Origin: Azolla caroliniana
Lineage: Eukaryota; Plantae; Polypodiophyta
Length of the DNA: 64,000 nucleotides
NCBI GenBank assembly: GCA_043228905.1
Contig: JBHGNT010000001.1
Coordinates: forward strand, 22,010,001 to 22,074,000
Direction: 5' to 3'
Positions 34,056-46,471 of this stretch are shown one piece after another (the stretch's first letter is position 1; the number at the start of each line of letters is the position of its first letter). The notes under the pieces are model-generated. The model was given only the letters and a program-made list of their open reading frames with translations. It had not been told where the DNA came from and ran no database searches. The position numbers and the translations under genes are program-made.

Positions 34056-37000
34056 TTGGACAACCCTAGATATGTCCAACCTAGTGTGGGTTCCATTTCT
34101 TCCAAGCATGTTAGTAGAGTCTTCTCAGCCCTAGTACAAGTTAGGACACCCAGTTGTGAACTTCAAGTCCAAGCCCTCTTAGATACTAGAGCCAATCCTT
34201 GTTTCATGGATAGAGATTTTGCCCAAAAACACCAAATATCCTTGCATACACTTCCTTGTCCAGTTTCCGTAGTAGTGATTGATGGACGCCCCATAGCTTC
34301 CGGGAAGATATTTGAAGAGTCTGAGCCAATACACATACTCTTGGGTGATTTAGGATATGTAGTTTCCCTTAACATAATCCGTAGTCCTGAGCACCCAATT
34401 GTCCTCGGTTTGCGATGGTTCAAGCTACATAACCCTAGAATCGATTGGAGGAAGCCAGAAATTAGGTGCCCTTTAGCAGAAAATATCATTGTCAAGGATC
34501 TAACTCGGGATTATCCTCCTAAAGTATATAGTTCTACCAATGCACCATATCCTTCTCATCAAATTTCAGCCATCACATTGCAACAATTATGCAAAGTGGG
34601 AGGCAAGGAGGACCTTTTCTTATTTGCAGTATCAGTGACACCTTCTAGTGTCACTCAAGGGAATTCAGACATCCAAATTCTCAAAAAATATCAAGACTAT
34701 GCTGATGTTTTCGACAAAGTCAAAGCTAGTGTTCTTCCAAAGCATCAGCCATACGATTGTCCTATTGATCTCCAACCAAGAAAAGAGCCACCGTGGGGTC
34801 CGATTTACAATTTATCACCCACTGAGCTTGAGGTTCTTCGAGAATACATCGAGGGAAATCTTGCACATGGGTTTATTCGACCTAGATGATCTATTGATTT
34901 ACTCGACCTAGGAAAAAGTCCAAACAATATTGGAATGGAAACCCCCATGCTCAGTTCGGGATGTCCAATGTTTCCTTGGATTTGCGAACTTCTATTGCAA
35001 ATTCATACATAATTATTCAAGCATTGTGTTGCCCCTTACTCAACTCACCAAGAAAAATCAAGCATTTTTTTGGAGTGCCGAAGTGGACAAGGCTTTTACG
35101 CAGCTGAAAGAGGCATTCACATCAGCACCCATCCTAGCACATATTGATCCTGAAAAGCCATTTACTATTGAGGCGGATGCATCAGACTTTGCATAGGGGA
35201 GTATCCTATCGCAACCAGGCGAGGACGGGCAGACACATCCAGTCGCGTTTCACTCGAGAAAATTTACTGTTTCGGAGACAAACTATGAGGTGCATGACAA
35301 GGAGTTACTATCTATGGTCGACTCATTCGAGCAATGGCGTCATTTTCTAGAAGGATCACCTCATCAGATTATCATTTATAGTGATCACAAAAATCTCACA
35401 TATTTTCAAACAGCTCGAGTATTAAATAGACAACAAGCTCGGTGGGCCCAATTTCTAACACGTTTCGATTTCAAGATCATTTTTCGCCCCGGAAAACAAC
35501 AAGGGAAAGCAGATGCTCTGTCTCGGCGTTCATATCTAGCACTTCGACCTGGAGATCCGGCCTTTGACAATCAAAAGCAAACTCTCCTCGGGCCATCAAA
35601 GCTACAAGTAACAACAATTTATGCCACGCCACTTGATTCTACCCTTCTTGACACTATTCGGCAACAACTTCATTCGGATGATTTTGCTAAGGATGTCTTA
35701 GCCCACTGTGGTTCAAGTCGTCCATCTTGCTCCACATTTCCAGGCTCATTTCAACATTATCAGAACTTCAAGTGGCAAGATGGCTTACTCTTCTACAAGA
35801 ATCTCCTTTACGTCCCCGACAGATCACCCCGACTTCAAGTGTTGGAACATTGTCATGATGCCCCCATGGCTGGACATTTTGGTATTTCCAAGACCATTGA
35901 GCTGGTGAAACGTTCGTTTTGGTGGCCTCACTTGCAAAAATTTGTCGAAGATTATGTTCGCACTTGTGACACCTAGTGTCGCACCAAAATACCCAGGCAT
36001 CACCCTTATGGCTTACTACAACCATTACCCCCTCCCAACAAGCCATGGCAGTCTATTTCTATGGATTTCATTACGGATCTGCCACCTTCCAAAAGGCTTT
36101 GATACTATTTTAACATTAGTGGATCGGTTCACCAAGCTGGCACATTCTGTACCATGTGTAAAGACCATCAATAGTGAAGAAACTGCAGATCTCATTATGC
36201 GTGAAGTGTTTCACCATCATGGTCTCCCGAATGATATTATTAGCAATCGAGGTCCTCAATTTATCTCACACTTTTGGAAGCACCTATGGTCAGGCCTCAA
36301 AATCTCTTGCAAACTCTCTTCGGCTTATCATCCACAAACTGACGGACAAACAGAGTGCACAAATCAAACGCTCGAGCAATATCTTCAATGTTTCATTAAT
36401 TATCAACAAGATGATTGGAGTAATATTTTACATCTTGCCGAGTTTGCATACAACAACACGGCCCACTCTTCTACCAAAGTTACACCTTTCTTTGCCTACA
36501 CTAGCAACCACCCTCAATGGTGTATACTGGATCTTCCCGAGGTGTCACGAAACCTCAGTGCAGCGCATCACCTCCACCGACTACAACAAATCTAGTTCGA
36601 GTTATCATCACATCTTCAGAAAGCGCAAGCACACCATAAGACCAATGTTGATCGACATCTTCTTAAGTCTCCGTTTAAGGTTGGTGACCGTGTATGGTTT
36701 CTTCATCGTCACATCAAGACTACCCGACCGTGTGCTAAGCTTGACTATCAATGCTTAGGTCCTTTTGTCATCACGGTGTAGATTAATGATGCAACATTTC
36801 GTCTTAACCTTCCTACACATATGCGGCTTCACCTTGTCTTTCATAGCTCTCTTTTGGAACCTTGCCGCACCTCTTTAATTCCTAATCGTGTCGTTCCACC
36901 ACCGCCTTTTGTACAACTTGTGGATGGCCCCGAATACGAGGTAGCTGCTATTCTCGATTCTAAGATTGTGCACAATAAGCTTTATTATCTAGTTCATTGG

Positions 37001-37171
37001 CTTGGCTATCCTCCGAGTGATCGCACTTGGGAACCCATCGATAACGTTTGTAATGTTGAAGCTCTGGTCAACGACTTCCATCATCACTATCCAAACAAGC
37101 CCGGCCCAACAATGTTAACGCCGACTTCCACTCGGCGTTCTCGAAGGAGGGATAGTGTCATGAACACATAA
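34056..37171 (+). pseudogene. pol: Chromovirus Pol (PR, RT remnant, RNase H, INT, chromodomain)
   Basis: ALLDTRA, VLGLRW, EADASDFA, DKELL, SDHKNL, ADALSR, HD..AGH, YHPQTDGQ, YEVAAILDSK..TWEP. Confidence 0.92.
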
Positions 37172-37774
37172 CCATTATGGCGTCACCCGGACTTGAACCT
37201 TGAACCTTGTAATCCATACTTGAAAACCTCAACCATTAAGATATCTTATTGTTATATGAAAGAATAAAAGTTACTTCTTGTATTACATTGATTATTGTAA
37301 AAACTCTAGATTATTCTAGAATGTTCTAGAATGTCCTAGAGCATTCTAGGTCTAGAACATTCTAGAACATTCTAGAAATCTCTAAGCTATTCTATAGGAA
37401 CCTATAAATAAGGGCATACATGTATTCTCAAATCAATTCGAATCAACACCAGTCTTTAGCTCTCATTACATATCTTGTATCCATTCTATTTCTTTCTCTA
37501 TCTTATACATCCATTCTTCTCTTAGTATTTGGTTCCTTTCTTCTTGTGTTCTCTAATATCCTTCTTCCATCACTCTAACTTTTATCCTTGGTTTTGACAT
37601 TGTCTACCACGATATTGTATTAACCTATTGACATGAATGATTTATTGCGACTAGGTATAATGAGTAGGATGGAACGTAGGATGGGGGATTTGGATGGGTA
37701 GTGGTATTTGGATTTATTTGGGAAAGGGATTGACGTTTTAGTGTTTGACTCTCTCAGTGAACTGGTCGTGAGAA

Positions 37775-38390
37775 GTTCGAGGGGTAAGTCTCCTCGAACC
37801 GGGGAGAGGGGGTTCGAGGAGTAGCTCTCCTCGAATCGGTGAGGGGTTTGAGGAGTAAGTCTCTTCGAACCGGGGAGAGGTTCGAGGAGTAAGTCTCTTC
37901 GAACCGGGGAAAGGTTCGAGGAGTAAGTCTCTTCGAACCGGGGAAAGGTTCGAGGAGTAAGTCTCTTCGAACCGGGGAGGGGTTCAAGGAGTAAGGAGTT
38001 CGAAGAGAACCTCTCCTCAAACCGGTGGGGAGGGGTTTGAGGAGTATGTCTCCTCGAACTAGGGGGAGGGGTTTGAGGAGTAAGGGGTTCAAAGAGAAAG
38101 GGGTTCGAAGAGAACCTTCTCCTCGAACCGATGGGGAGGGATTCCAGGAGTACCTCTCCTCGGACCGGTGGGGAGGGGTTCGAGGCAATGTCTCCTCGAA
38201 CATGGGGGGGGGGGGGGATTTCGAGGCAATGTCTCCTCGAACCGGGGGGAAGGGTTTCGAGGAGAGCCTCTCTTCGAACCGATGGGGAGGGGTTCGAGGA
38301 GTAAGTCTCCTCGAACTGGGGGGAGGAGGTTCGAAGCGAAGTCTCCCCAAACCGGGGGGAAGGGGTTCGAGGAGAGCCTCTCCTCGAACC
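37775..38390. repeat. Tandem array of ~17 hairpin units (mostly 34-37 bp)
   Basis: GGTTCGAGGA-loop-TCCTCGAACC stems separated by G-rich linkers. Confidence 0.9.
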
Positions 38391-38511
38391 GGTGGTGAGG
38401 GAAGGCGATGAGCCCGATAACCGCCAGATAACCGCCAGCGATAGGCGGGAACGACATGGTAGCCGTCGTGGCCTCCACAGGAGGAGGTTAAGAGCATGGC
38501 ATTGTCGGGGC

Positions 38512-38715
38512 AAGATTGGTGATCGGGTATGGTTTTTACACTGTCACATAAAGACTACTTGACCAAGTGATAAGCTAGATTATAAACTCTTGGGTCCTTT
38601 TGTCAACACGGAGTAGATTAATGATGCAACATTCCGTCTTAATCTTTTTGCAAATTTGTGGCTTCATCCAGTCTTTCACAACTCTCTTTTGGAACCTTGC
38701 CACACCAGCTCGATC
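38512..38715 (+). other. Orphan ~200-bp fragment of Tcn1-like integrase C-terminus
   Basis: Aligns with ~36677-36875 (GDRVWF...GPFV...LLEPC). Confidence 0.8.
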
Positions 38716-39800
38716 CCGAGGACACAGGAGGAGAAAATTACGAAACACAGCAATTGACAACAGATGATTAGACCTACCGGAGGAAGAGGTGGTGACACGC
38801 AAGAGGCGAGGAGGAGGAGAATGGATGTAAACGAAAGTAGGTAGCTCGCAACGCGCGACTCAGAAATGAATAAAAACAGAGTAGGAGACCTACCCAAGGT
38901 AGAGGTAGTGGTTAGAAACGATGCACAGAAGCCGAGGCGGAGGGTGAATGATCGTAGAACGAAGGTAGGTAGCATGCAACACATTGGGGTAGGAGCGTAA
39001 GCGCAGAGGGAGGAGGAAGAACTGTGAAGAAAACATGGAGGGTCATGAGAGGAAAGGAGGAAGAAGAAAGAGTTGTGAGGGAGAGAAAGGTGAGGAAGAG
39101 AAAACAACCAAACAAAAGGAAAGAAAAAACAAACGAGAGTACCATAAAACAACAAAAAAACAAAAACAACACAAAGGAAAAACGAAAGCAAAGAAAAAAA
39201 AAACAACCCGAGACAACTATTAAAAACAACCAATCGAAAACAAAAACAAAACAAAGGAAATAAAACAGAAGCAAGGCATAAAACAAACCGAGACGACTAT
39301 ATAAAAAAAACAAGCGATCTAAAATGAAAACAAAACAAAAGAAATAGAGAAACCGAGACTACCATGTGACGTATTACGAAAAATAATCGTCCATGGTGCT
39401 CCTAAAATTAAAGGGTAGCTCAGAGATCGGAAGTACTAATACGTAGACCAAAGGGGGGGTTATGGTCTATCGGGTGCGGTATAGAGGTTGAGGGAGAAGA
39501 CGGGTTGAGTAGTTGATGGTCAGGATGGCATAAGGTAGGGGGTGGGTTTAAAAAAGTGTGGGGCAGGCCAAGGTTTTTATGCGGACGGTAGAGTTGGACG
39601 GGGGTCCAACGGGGGCTTCGTGAGGGTTTGGGGAAATTAGGAGTTTTTGGGAGGACTAGAGGGGGTGGATGTGGGGTGTGTGTTGTTCAAGTGTTAGCCG
39701 AGGGTCTTTGTATATTTTTAAGGACCCAGACCTGTGACGTCTTTGTTGAAGGGACGAGGAGGGATTGTGAAGTACTTTTCTGGGGCGTTCGGCCTCCTAG

Positions 39801-40553
39801 CTATTTAGTCCCGTCGAGTTCTATGGCCTTAACCGGGGCGGCATGTTTGACCGATGTGCGTAGTTGTTGGGTGTCCCGTGTCGTCATGTTACGGTTGCGG
39901 GTGGGGAACCGGCTTCGTTTCGGGACCCAGAAGCTACTGGTACCTTTGTGCCAACCTTGGGCTTTTGTGAGTGCTTTTCGGACTCGCCAAATACCACGTT
40001 CTCCGCGGCGTGGTCCTTCAGCGAAAATCGCGTGGATGTTCACCCATTTGTGTGGCGCGGGTGTCTTTGTTCTGATGTTAGTGTTGCTCTGGTCATGGAT
40101 GGCCGATGGGTGTGCGCGTTCTTTTTGGTTAGGTGGTTTCGCGCTTTGGAGTTCGTCGAGATCAGTGGGATGTGATTCGAGTGTTGTTGCAATGAGTTTC
40201 TTGAACCTCACCCCATTTGCCGTTTGGAAGGAGACAATGTTCTTGCTTGGCGACATGAGGCATTCGCTTATGTGATACCAATCCAAACCGAGGAGGCACT
40301 GGGTGGACATCACTTCGGGTGGGAGTACCTGAACTCGGATTGAGTGGTTGTTGTATTCTGTCTTGATGTTACACACGAAGGTTCCAAGGCAGCATGATGT
40401 GGAACCATCAAAGCCACAGAAGTTGTCGTTGCATACTTCGAGGTCTGGGCAACCTAGACGTCCCCATGTTTCGAAGGAGAAAAGGGTGAGTGATGCTCCG
40501 GTGTCGATTACTGCCATTAAAGGTACGCCGTCGGCGAAGCATGGTAGTTGCAT
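39801..40553 (-). CDS. Retropepsin-like aspartic protease ORF located downstream of integrase
   Basis: AVIDTGASLTL, flap GFDGSTSCCLG, CLLGLDW; 250-aa open frame. Confidence 0.8.
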   Translation of the reverse strand: MQLPCFADGVPLMAVIDTGASLTLFSFETWGRLGCPDLEVCNDNFCGFDGSTSCCLGTFVCNIKTEYNNHSIRVQVLPPEVMSTQCLLGLDWYHISECLMSPSKNIVSFQTANGVRFKKLIATTLESHPTDLDELQSAKPPNQKERAHPSAIHDQSNTNIRTKTPAPHKWVNIHAIFAEGPRRGERGIWRVRKALTKAQGWHKGTSSFWVPKRSRFPTRNRNMTTRDTQQLRTSVKHAAPVKAIELDGTK

Positions 40554-40959
40554 TGTCCAGTCATTAGAGTTGACTACCTAGCCATGGCTGTCGGGTGGGC
40601 GTCCCCTTGTCGTTTCAATTTCTCTAGCCCATTGTGAAGGTCAGTTTCTAGTCGGGCCATTCGGCCTTCGGAGGGCAGCATGATGTGGAACCATCAAAGC
40701 CACAGAAGTTGTCGTTGCATACTTCGAGGTCTGGGCAACCTAGACGTCCCCATGTTTCGAAGGAGAAAAGGGTGAGTGATGCTCCGGTGTCGATTACTGC
40801 CATTAAAGGTACGCCGTCGGCGAAGCATGGTAGTTGCATTGTCCAGTCATTAGAGTTGACTACCTAGCCATGGCTGTCGGGTGGGCGTCCCCTTGTCGTT
40901 TCAATTTCTCTAGCCCATTGTGAAGGTCAGTTTCTAGTCGGGCCATTCGGCCTTCGGAG
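40388..40959. repeat. Apparently perfect 286-bp tandem duplication
   Basis: 40388-40673 equals 40674-40959. Confidence 0.92.
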
Positions 40960-43270
40960 GCCTTAAGTTTGGCTTCCACTTCTCGTTGTCGAGCCATGAG
41001 TAGGGCTTCGAGGGTGAGGGGTCCGTAGTAACGTTTGAGCTTGCTCCAATTGATGAATCCTGGGATGTTGAGGCCTTTGAGCGTGCGTATTGGACATGCT
41101 CTTGTCTTGGTAATCTCTGAGACGACATATGGGCCTTCTCCATGTAATTTGAGCTTCTTTTTGTGCCGTTGAGAGGTGAATTGGAGAGTTATGTCTCCTT
41201 CAGCGAGGTCTTTATCTCTTACTTTGTTGTCGTGCCACGCCTTTCTATTGGCTTTCTCTGTCAAGAGTGCTTGGAACGCGAGAACGGGAGTTTCGGTCAA
41301 CCTTATTCGTGCTTTCCTCTTGTCCGTTGCACGTTGCACCGAGGGTAATAAGGGGAGCTCTTGCGGTGTGTCACCATAAATTTTCCTAGTAGATGTGCTA
41401 TCACTTGTTTGAGGAAATAGGAGCCTTGATCACTAATGATCTCGAGCGGACATCCAAACCGTGATATGACGTTTTGGTATAGGAATTTGGCGGTGCTAGG
41501 TGTAGGAATTTGGTGGTACTAGGTGCATCGGCATTAACGCAAGCTTTAGCTTCCATCCACTTGGTAGTGTAGTCAGTGGCAGTTATTATGTATCGATTGA
41601 GGTTGGAAGCTGGGCTAATTGGGCCGATAAAGTCGATACCCCATTTCTCGAATGGTTGCCACACCACCACCGACCAAGTTTAATGTGTTGAAATCCTCTT
41701 TTAACAGATATTTGAAACGTTGGCACTCATCACATCCGCGTACATACTCGTATGTGTCTTTGAATTGTGTTGGCCACCATAGGCCGGACAGAAGGATCTT
41801 GCATGCAGTGACCTCATGATTGAAATGACCGGTTCCGGTTCTGCAATGAGCTTGTTCGAGGACGGCGACGACATCATGGTCCGTTACACACCTCCGAAGT
41901 AGATCATTGTTGCCTCTTCGGTACAAGTTTCCTTTGAGCATCGTGAAGGGGCCACATTTCCTTAACAAGACACGTGCATGTGCCCGGCTTAGTTGTTTTA
42001 GGAAGGATGCCCCTTCGATTAAGACACAAACGATGTCTGATGCCCATGATGGTACGGTGTCGATCGTGAATAATGTTGCATCTAGCATTTCGTCATCGAC
42101 CCCAGTGGCTTCTTCCCCGTTCGGTATTCGAGAGAAATGATCGGCGAGTACATGGTCTTTTCCTTTTCTCACCACCACCTTGAAGTCGAACTCGAGTAAC
42201 GTAACGATCCATCGTGATATGCGTCCTATGGTGTGAGTTTTGTTCACCAAGTAGAGGATGGTTTGATGATCTACAAAAAACGAGAAACGTGATGCCAAGA
42301 GGTAATGTCAGAACTTTTTCATGCTGTAAACCATGGCCAAAGATTCTCATTCTGTCGTGGAGTAATTTCGTTCCACGGAGTTCAGTTGAAGACTAGCAAA
42401 GGTGATCGGCAGGTCGAGTGCCCCTTCGCCGGGTTGAGCTACCACTGCACCAATCGCGAAGGCGGAAGCATCGGTGTGAACGTGGAATTCTTTGGTCCAA
42501 TCTGGGGATCGGAGGATGGGGGCCTTAGTTAGGCACTCTTTCAAGAGGTTGAATGAGTGGGTGCACTCTTCTGTCTAGGTGTAGTGCTTTAGTAAGGTGT
42601 AGAGTGGTTTGGCCTTGTTTGCGAACATCTTGATGAAGCATCTATAGTAACCCGCGTACCCCATGAAACCCTATAGTTGTTTCTTGTTCGCAGGAGGTGG
42701 CATGTCAAGGATGAGCTTTACTTTTGCCTCATCGGTCGAGATCCCATGTTGGGACACAACATGACCTAATATGAGTTCGTGTTTGACCCAGAATTGGCAC
42801 TTGAGAGGGTTGAGGGAGAGTTGGTAGTTTCTGCACTTTTCGAACGTCAAGCGGAGTAGCGCAAGGTGCTCATGCCATTTCGAATGGCAACATAAATGGT
42901 CGACATAGGACTCCACCCCTTGTCGTAACCTTACCGTGAAGATGTGCTCCGCTGCCCTTTGATAGGTGCTCAGGGCACTTGTGAGCCCGAAAGGCATCTA
43001 CTTATATGCGAAAGTACCAAATTAGGTGGCAAAGGTTTTCTTCTGTTGATCCTCGGGCACCACTGAGATTTGGTTGTACCTCGAGAACCCATCGATGAAG
43101 CTATAGGCTTCTGTTCCCGCAATTCTTTCAAGTAAGTGCTCAATTTAGGGTACCGGTTAGTTGTCCTTGATGGTGGCTTCGTTGACTTGGCGGTAGTCTA
43201 CACATGCGGATTTGGCCATTCTTCTTCAGGACGACTACGATCGGGGAGACCCAAGTTGTTTGTACGTAGG
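40860..43270 (-). pseudogene. pol: Element C pol (RT-RNase H-INT), disrupted
   Basis: WVSPIVVV, DGFSRYNQI, PFGL, HTDAS, VDHQ, LADHFSR, CDECQR, KWGIDFIGP, GEGPYVV. Confidence 0.9.
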
Positions 43271-46200
43271 AGAGATAGAGAGAGCAGAACACAGAAAACT
43301 CTATTCCAAAACAATACTCTAAAACTCTGTACATAGGATGTGCTCAGACAGCGCTTTTATACAAGTCCATACTGACTGACAGAAGTACTGACACATACTT
43401 CAATGCTCATCAATGAACCTCTTCCCTAGCTCCCAAAATATATTCCTCTACAGAATATCTATCAAACAACCTCCCGGTTTACGCACCGCTACGGCCCCTC
43501 GTTGCACACCCAATCTACACATTGGTTTACGCACCCAATGTTGAGCTTGTATCTCAACGCTCCCCCTCAAGCTCAACTTGAGGTTCCGCCTGCTCTTCCG
43601 GATCTTCGCTCTGGCTTCTCCTGGCTTCACGCCTCAACCCGTTTGATTCTGCGCACCTCGACCTTTTCAATCAGCTTGTCTACCCATGCGGCCTTTCTTA
43701 GCTCCCTTGCTATCGTGGTGTTGGTGCCTCTTCCACTGCCCTTTCCTCCGCTTGCCCTTCAGTTGATTCGGCATCTCCGAATCGAACATTCGAACCGAAT
43801 CGGCTGTCTTCGATTTGTTTCTTGTCTTCATGCCCTTAACCACATCAGACCAAGTCTTGGTCTTGGCCTTCACGCCCTTCTTGTCTTCAAGTTCCCCTTG
43901 TTCGGCTGACTCCATCTCTTCCCTTCGGTTGCTGCCGTTGTTTCCGCCTTTGGCTTCTTGAGCTAACCCGAACTCGAATTCTTCATCTGACTCAGCTTCG
44001 CGGTCACTTTCGCTCCTTTCCTACTCCCTTTCCTAGTCTTTTCTCCCCCTCAAGTTTGGCACGTGAAGGTAAGTGAGATCCGGCTAAGTGATCGTCAAAT
44101 AAATTAGGCTTCCGACAATCTGTCGGAACCGTGTCGGGTCACACGCTTGTCCAGAGGAGTTGAGATGGACTTACATTTAGTCATCTCGAACTTGAAGAGC
44201 ATACTCAACACATAATGTCGTTGACCGATCGGTATGCCTTCGGGGGTGCAAATCACTTTGATCCCTAGGAAGTCGAATGATGCCCCGAGTTGGGACTTTA
44301 TGCGATTGATTTCGTCTACGTTAGCATCGGCGATCACTAAATCATCAACATAAAGTAAAATACTAACCGGTCCACGTCGACCTTGCCAGACGAACGAGGA
44401 AGAGTCCTATTTGGATGTCGCAAACCCCATCCGATGCAGGCACTATGTGATCTTCGTGTTCCACGTGCATGCGGCTTGTTTTAGTCCGTAGAGGAACTTC
44501 TTCAATCGGCATACCGCCAAGGTGTTCTTTCCGGACTAAAATCCAAGGGGTGTACTATGTACACCTGTTCCTCAAGTTCTCCTTCGAGGAACGCATTCTT
44601 TACATCCATCTGATGTAAATGCCACCCCTTTACCGCGACTACCATAAGCAAGACACAGACGGTTGTCAACTTTGTGACAGGCACAAAGGTCTCATCGTAG
44701 TCGATGCCGTGTTGTTGTGCATATCCCTTCGCCACAAACCGGGCCTTATAACAGTTGAGAAAGTCGTCGGTGTTGTACTTGACCTTGTACACCCACCTAC
44801 ATCCAATCGGCTTTACACCCTTCGAGGCGTCAACCAGGTCCCAGGTTTCATTTTCCACTAATGCGTGCATCTCTTCCTCCATTGCGGCATGGCAAGTTGC
44901 ATCCTTCACCGCTTCTGCGTAGCTCTCCCACTCATGCACTTCCACGGCTCACGTCATGTACGCGTAATGATAGGGTTCTTCTGGGGGTGGACCGGCGTAA
45001 TTGCTCATTAGCCGACTTTGAGGCCCTTTTGGCCGATGCGAACTTCGTTTCCGAAGGTCCGTCTTCGTTCCTCTCTGAGTCGGATTCACATTGATACGAC
45101 TCATCTTTATTAGTGTCGTACTCCGGCAACTTCTTCTTTCCCTTCTCTTTGTGCGTAAACCATCTCCTTGGCTTCCTGAACGGGGATTACACGGCTGAGA
45201 CTCCATTACTCTCCGGCTCTGCGTTTGACTGGTCATGCCGACTCAGTCGCTCATTCGGCCCACTTAGCCTAAATGAGATCGGACTCTCTTCAGGAGCTTC
45301 GGTGTCTCGTTCGTCCCGAGGCATTTCAACCTCATTAACCTCTTCGTTAGAGATCAGAATGGAGTCATCAGGGGTTGGAGGTGAAGGCAAGTACCACAAT
45401 GCGGACTCGTCGAACACAACATCACGACTTACGCGAGCTTGTTTGGTTCGGGGGTTATGCCACTTATAACTCTAAGTCTGTTCTCCGTGTAGCCAACCAA
45501 GATACGCTTCTCAGCTTTGGCGTCCAGCTTCCTTCGTTTCTCCTTCTGCACATGCACATACCCGATGCTACTAAAAACCCCCAAGTGTGCCAAGTTCAGC
45601 TTCTTCTTGAAGTACAACTCGTGTGGTGACACTCCTACATTGGCAAATGCCCGATTCTAGAGGTAGACAGTTGTTCTGATCGCTTCGGCCCAATAGAACT
45701 TCGATAGATGCTTCTCTTCAAGCATTGCCCTTGCCGCCTCCTCTATCATCCGATTCTTCCTCTCGGCCACATCGTTCTATTGTGGCGTGTATCTACACGA
45801 GAATTCGCGTAGAATTCCCACCTTCTGAAGATAATTCAAGAACTAGTCGGAGAAGTACTCCCTCCTGCCATCGGACCTTAGGCACTTGATCTTTCGTCCA
45901 GTTTCCCTCTCTCCAAGTCTCTTCACCTTCAAGAAACACGCGAAGACTTTGCTCTTTTTCGTGATCAAGTACGCCCAAGTGTGTCGAGTAAAGTCCTCGA
46001 TGAAGGTTACGAAGTAACGGCTTCCTCCGATGCTCACGTTCTGGGTCGGTCCTCATACATCTGAATGGATCACATCGAGCAGATTTCAACTCCGATTATG
46101 CTCGTTGGGGAATGGATGTCGGTGTTGCTTCCCAAGCTGGCAGGCTTCGCAGACTTTGCCATTCCAGCCACTAAATTCTGGCAATCTGCAAACAATGTTC

Positions 46201-46471
46201 TTCGCCTGCATTTCACGAAGCCGCTGCAATTTAACATGGCCGAACCGCTTCTGCCATAGGTCAATGTCCGACTCGACCTTCTGTCCTTTCGCGAACAATG
46301 CGGTTCCAACTTCATTGGTGTTGAGGATGAACATCAACCCTTCTCGACGCCCTTGCGCAATGACTTTTCCCTCTTTTTCAATGTACCAACTGAGATAAGT
46401 GAATCAAACTTGCATCCCCTGGTTGACAATTTGTCCAACCAACACTAGGTTCTTGGTTATTGTTGGGACGT
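43271..46471 (-). mobile_element. Copia family B copy B2, truncated and internally deleted
   Basis: Partial LTR to 43559, PPT, extension KTKTWSDVVKG, RT and INT remnants. Confidence 0.85.

Larger units (their letters stand above)
32351..37599 (+). mobile_element. Tcn1-like chromovirus copy 2, both LTRs present, RT internally deleted, nested in C
   Basis: TSD TTGTC; 444-bp LTRs 32351-32794 and 37156-37599 (~13 differences); PPT GAAGGAGGGATAG. Confidence 0.96.
27524..43270 (-). mobile_element. Large non-chromovirus Ty3/gypsy element C (5'-truncated) with a long accessory 3' region
   Basis: RT-RH-INT at 40860-43270; PPT GGGGGGGA 28032-28040; 3' LTR 27524-28031 (TGTT..AACA, TATA). Confidence 0.8.

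Noticed and set aside
37775-38390. CRISPR-like palindromic repeat array
   Set aside because: No unique 25-45-nt spacers, no cas genes, eukaryotic retroelement context
37620-38513. 297-aa and 247-aa ORFs
   Set aside because: Stop-free only because of the tandem repeat
38676-39313. Hydrophobic Phe/Leu-rich ORFs as an env transmembrane protein
   Set aside because: Translation artefact of an A-rich low-complexity tract; several frames look the same
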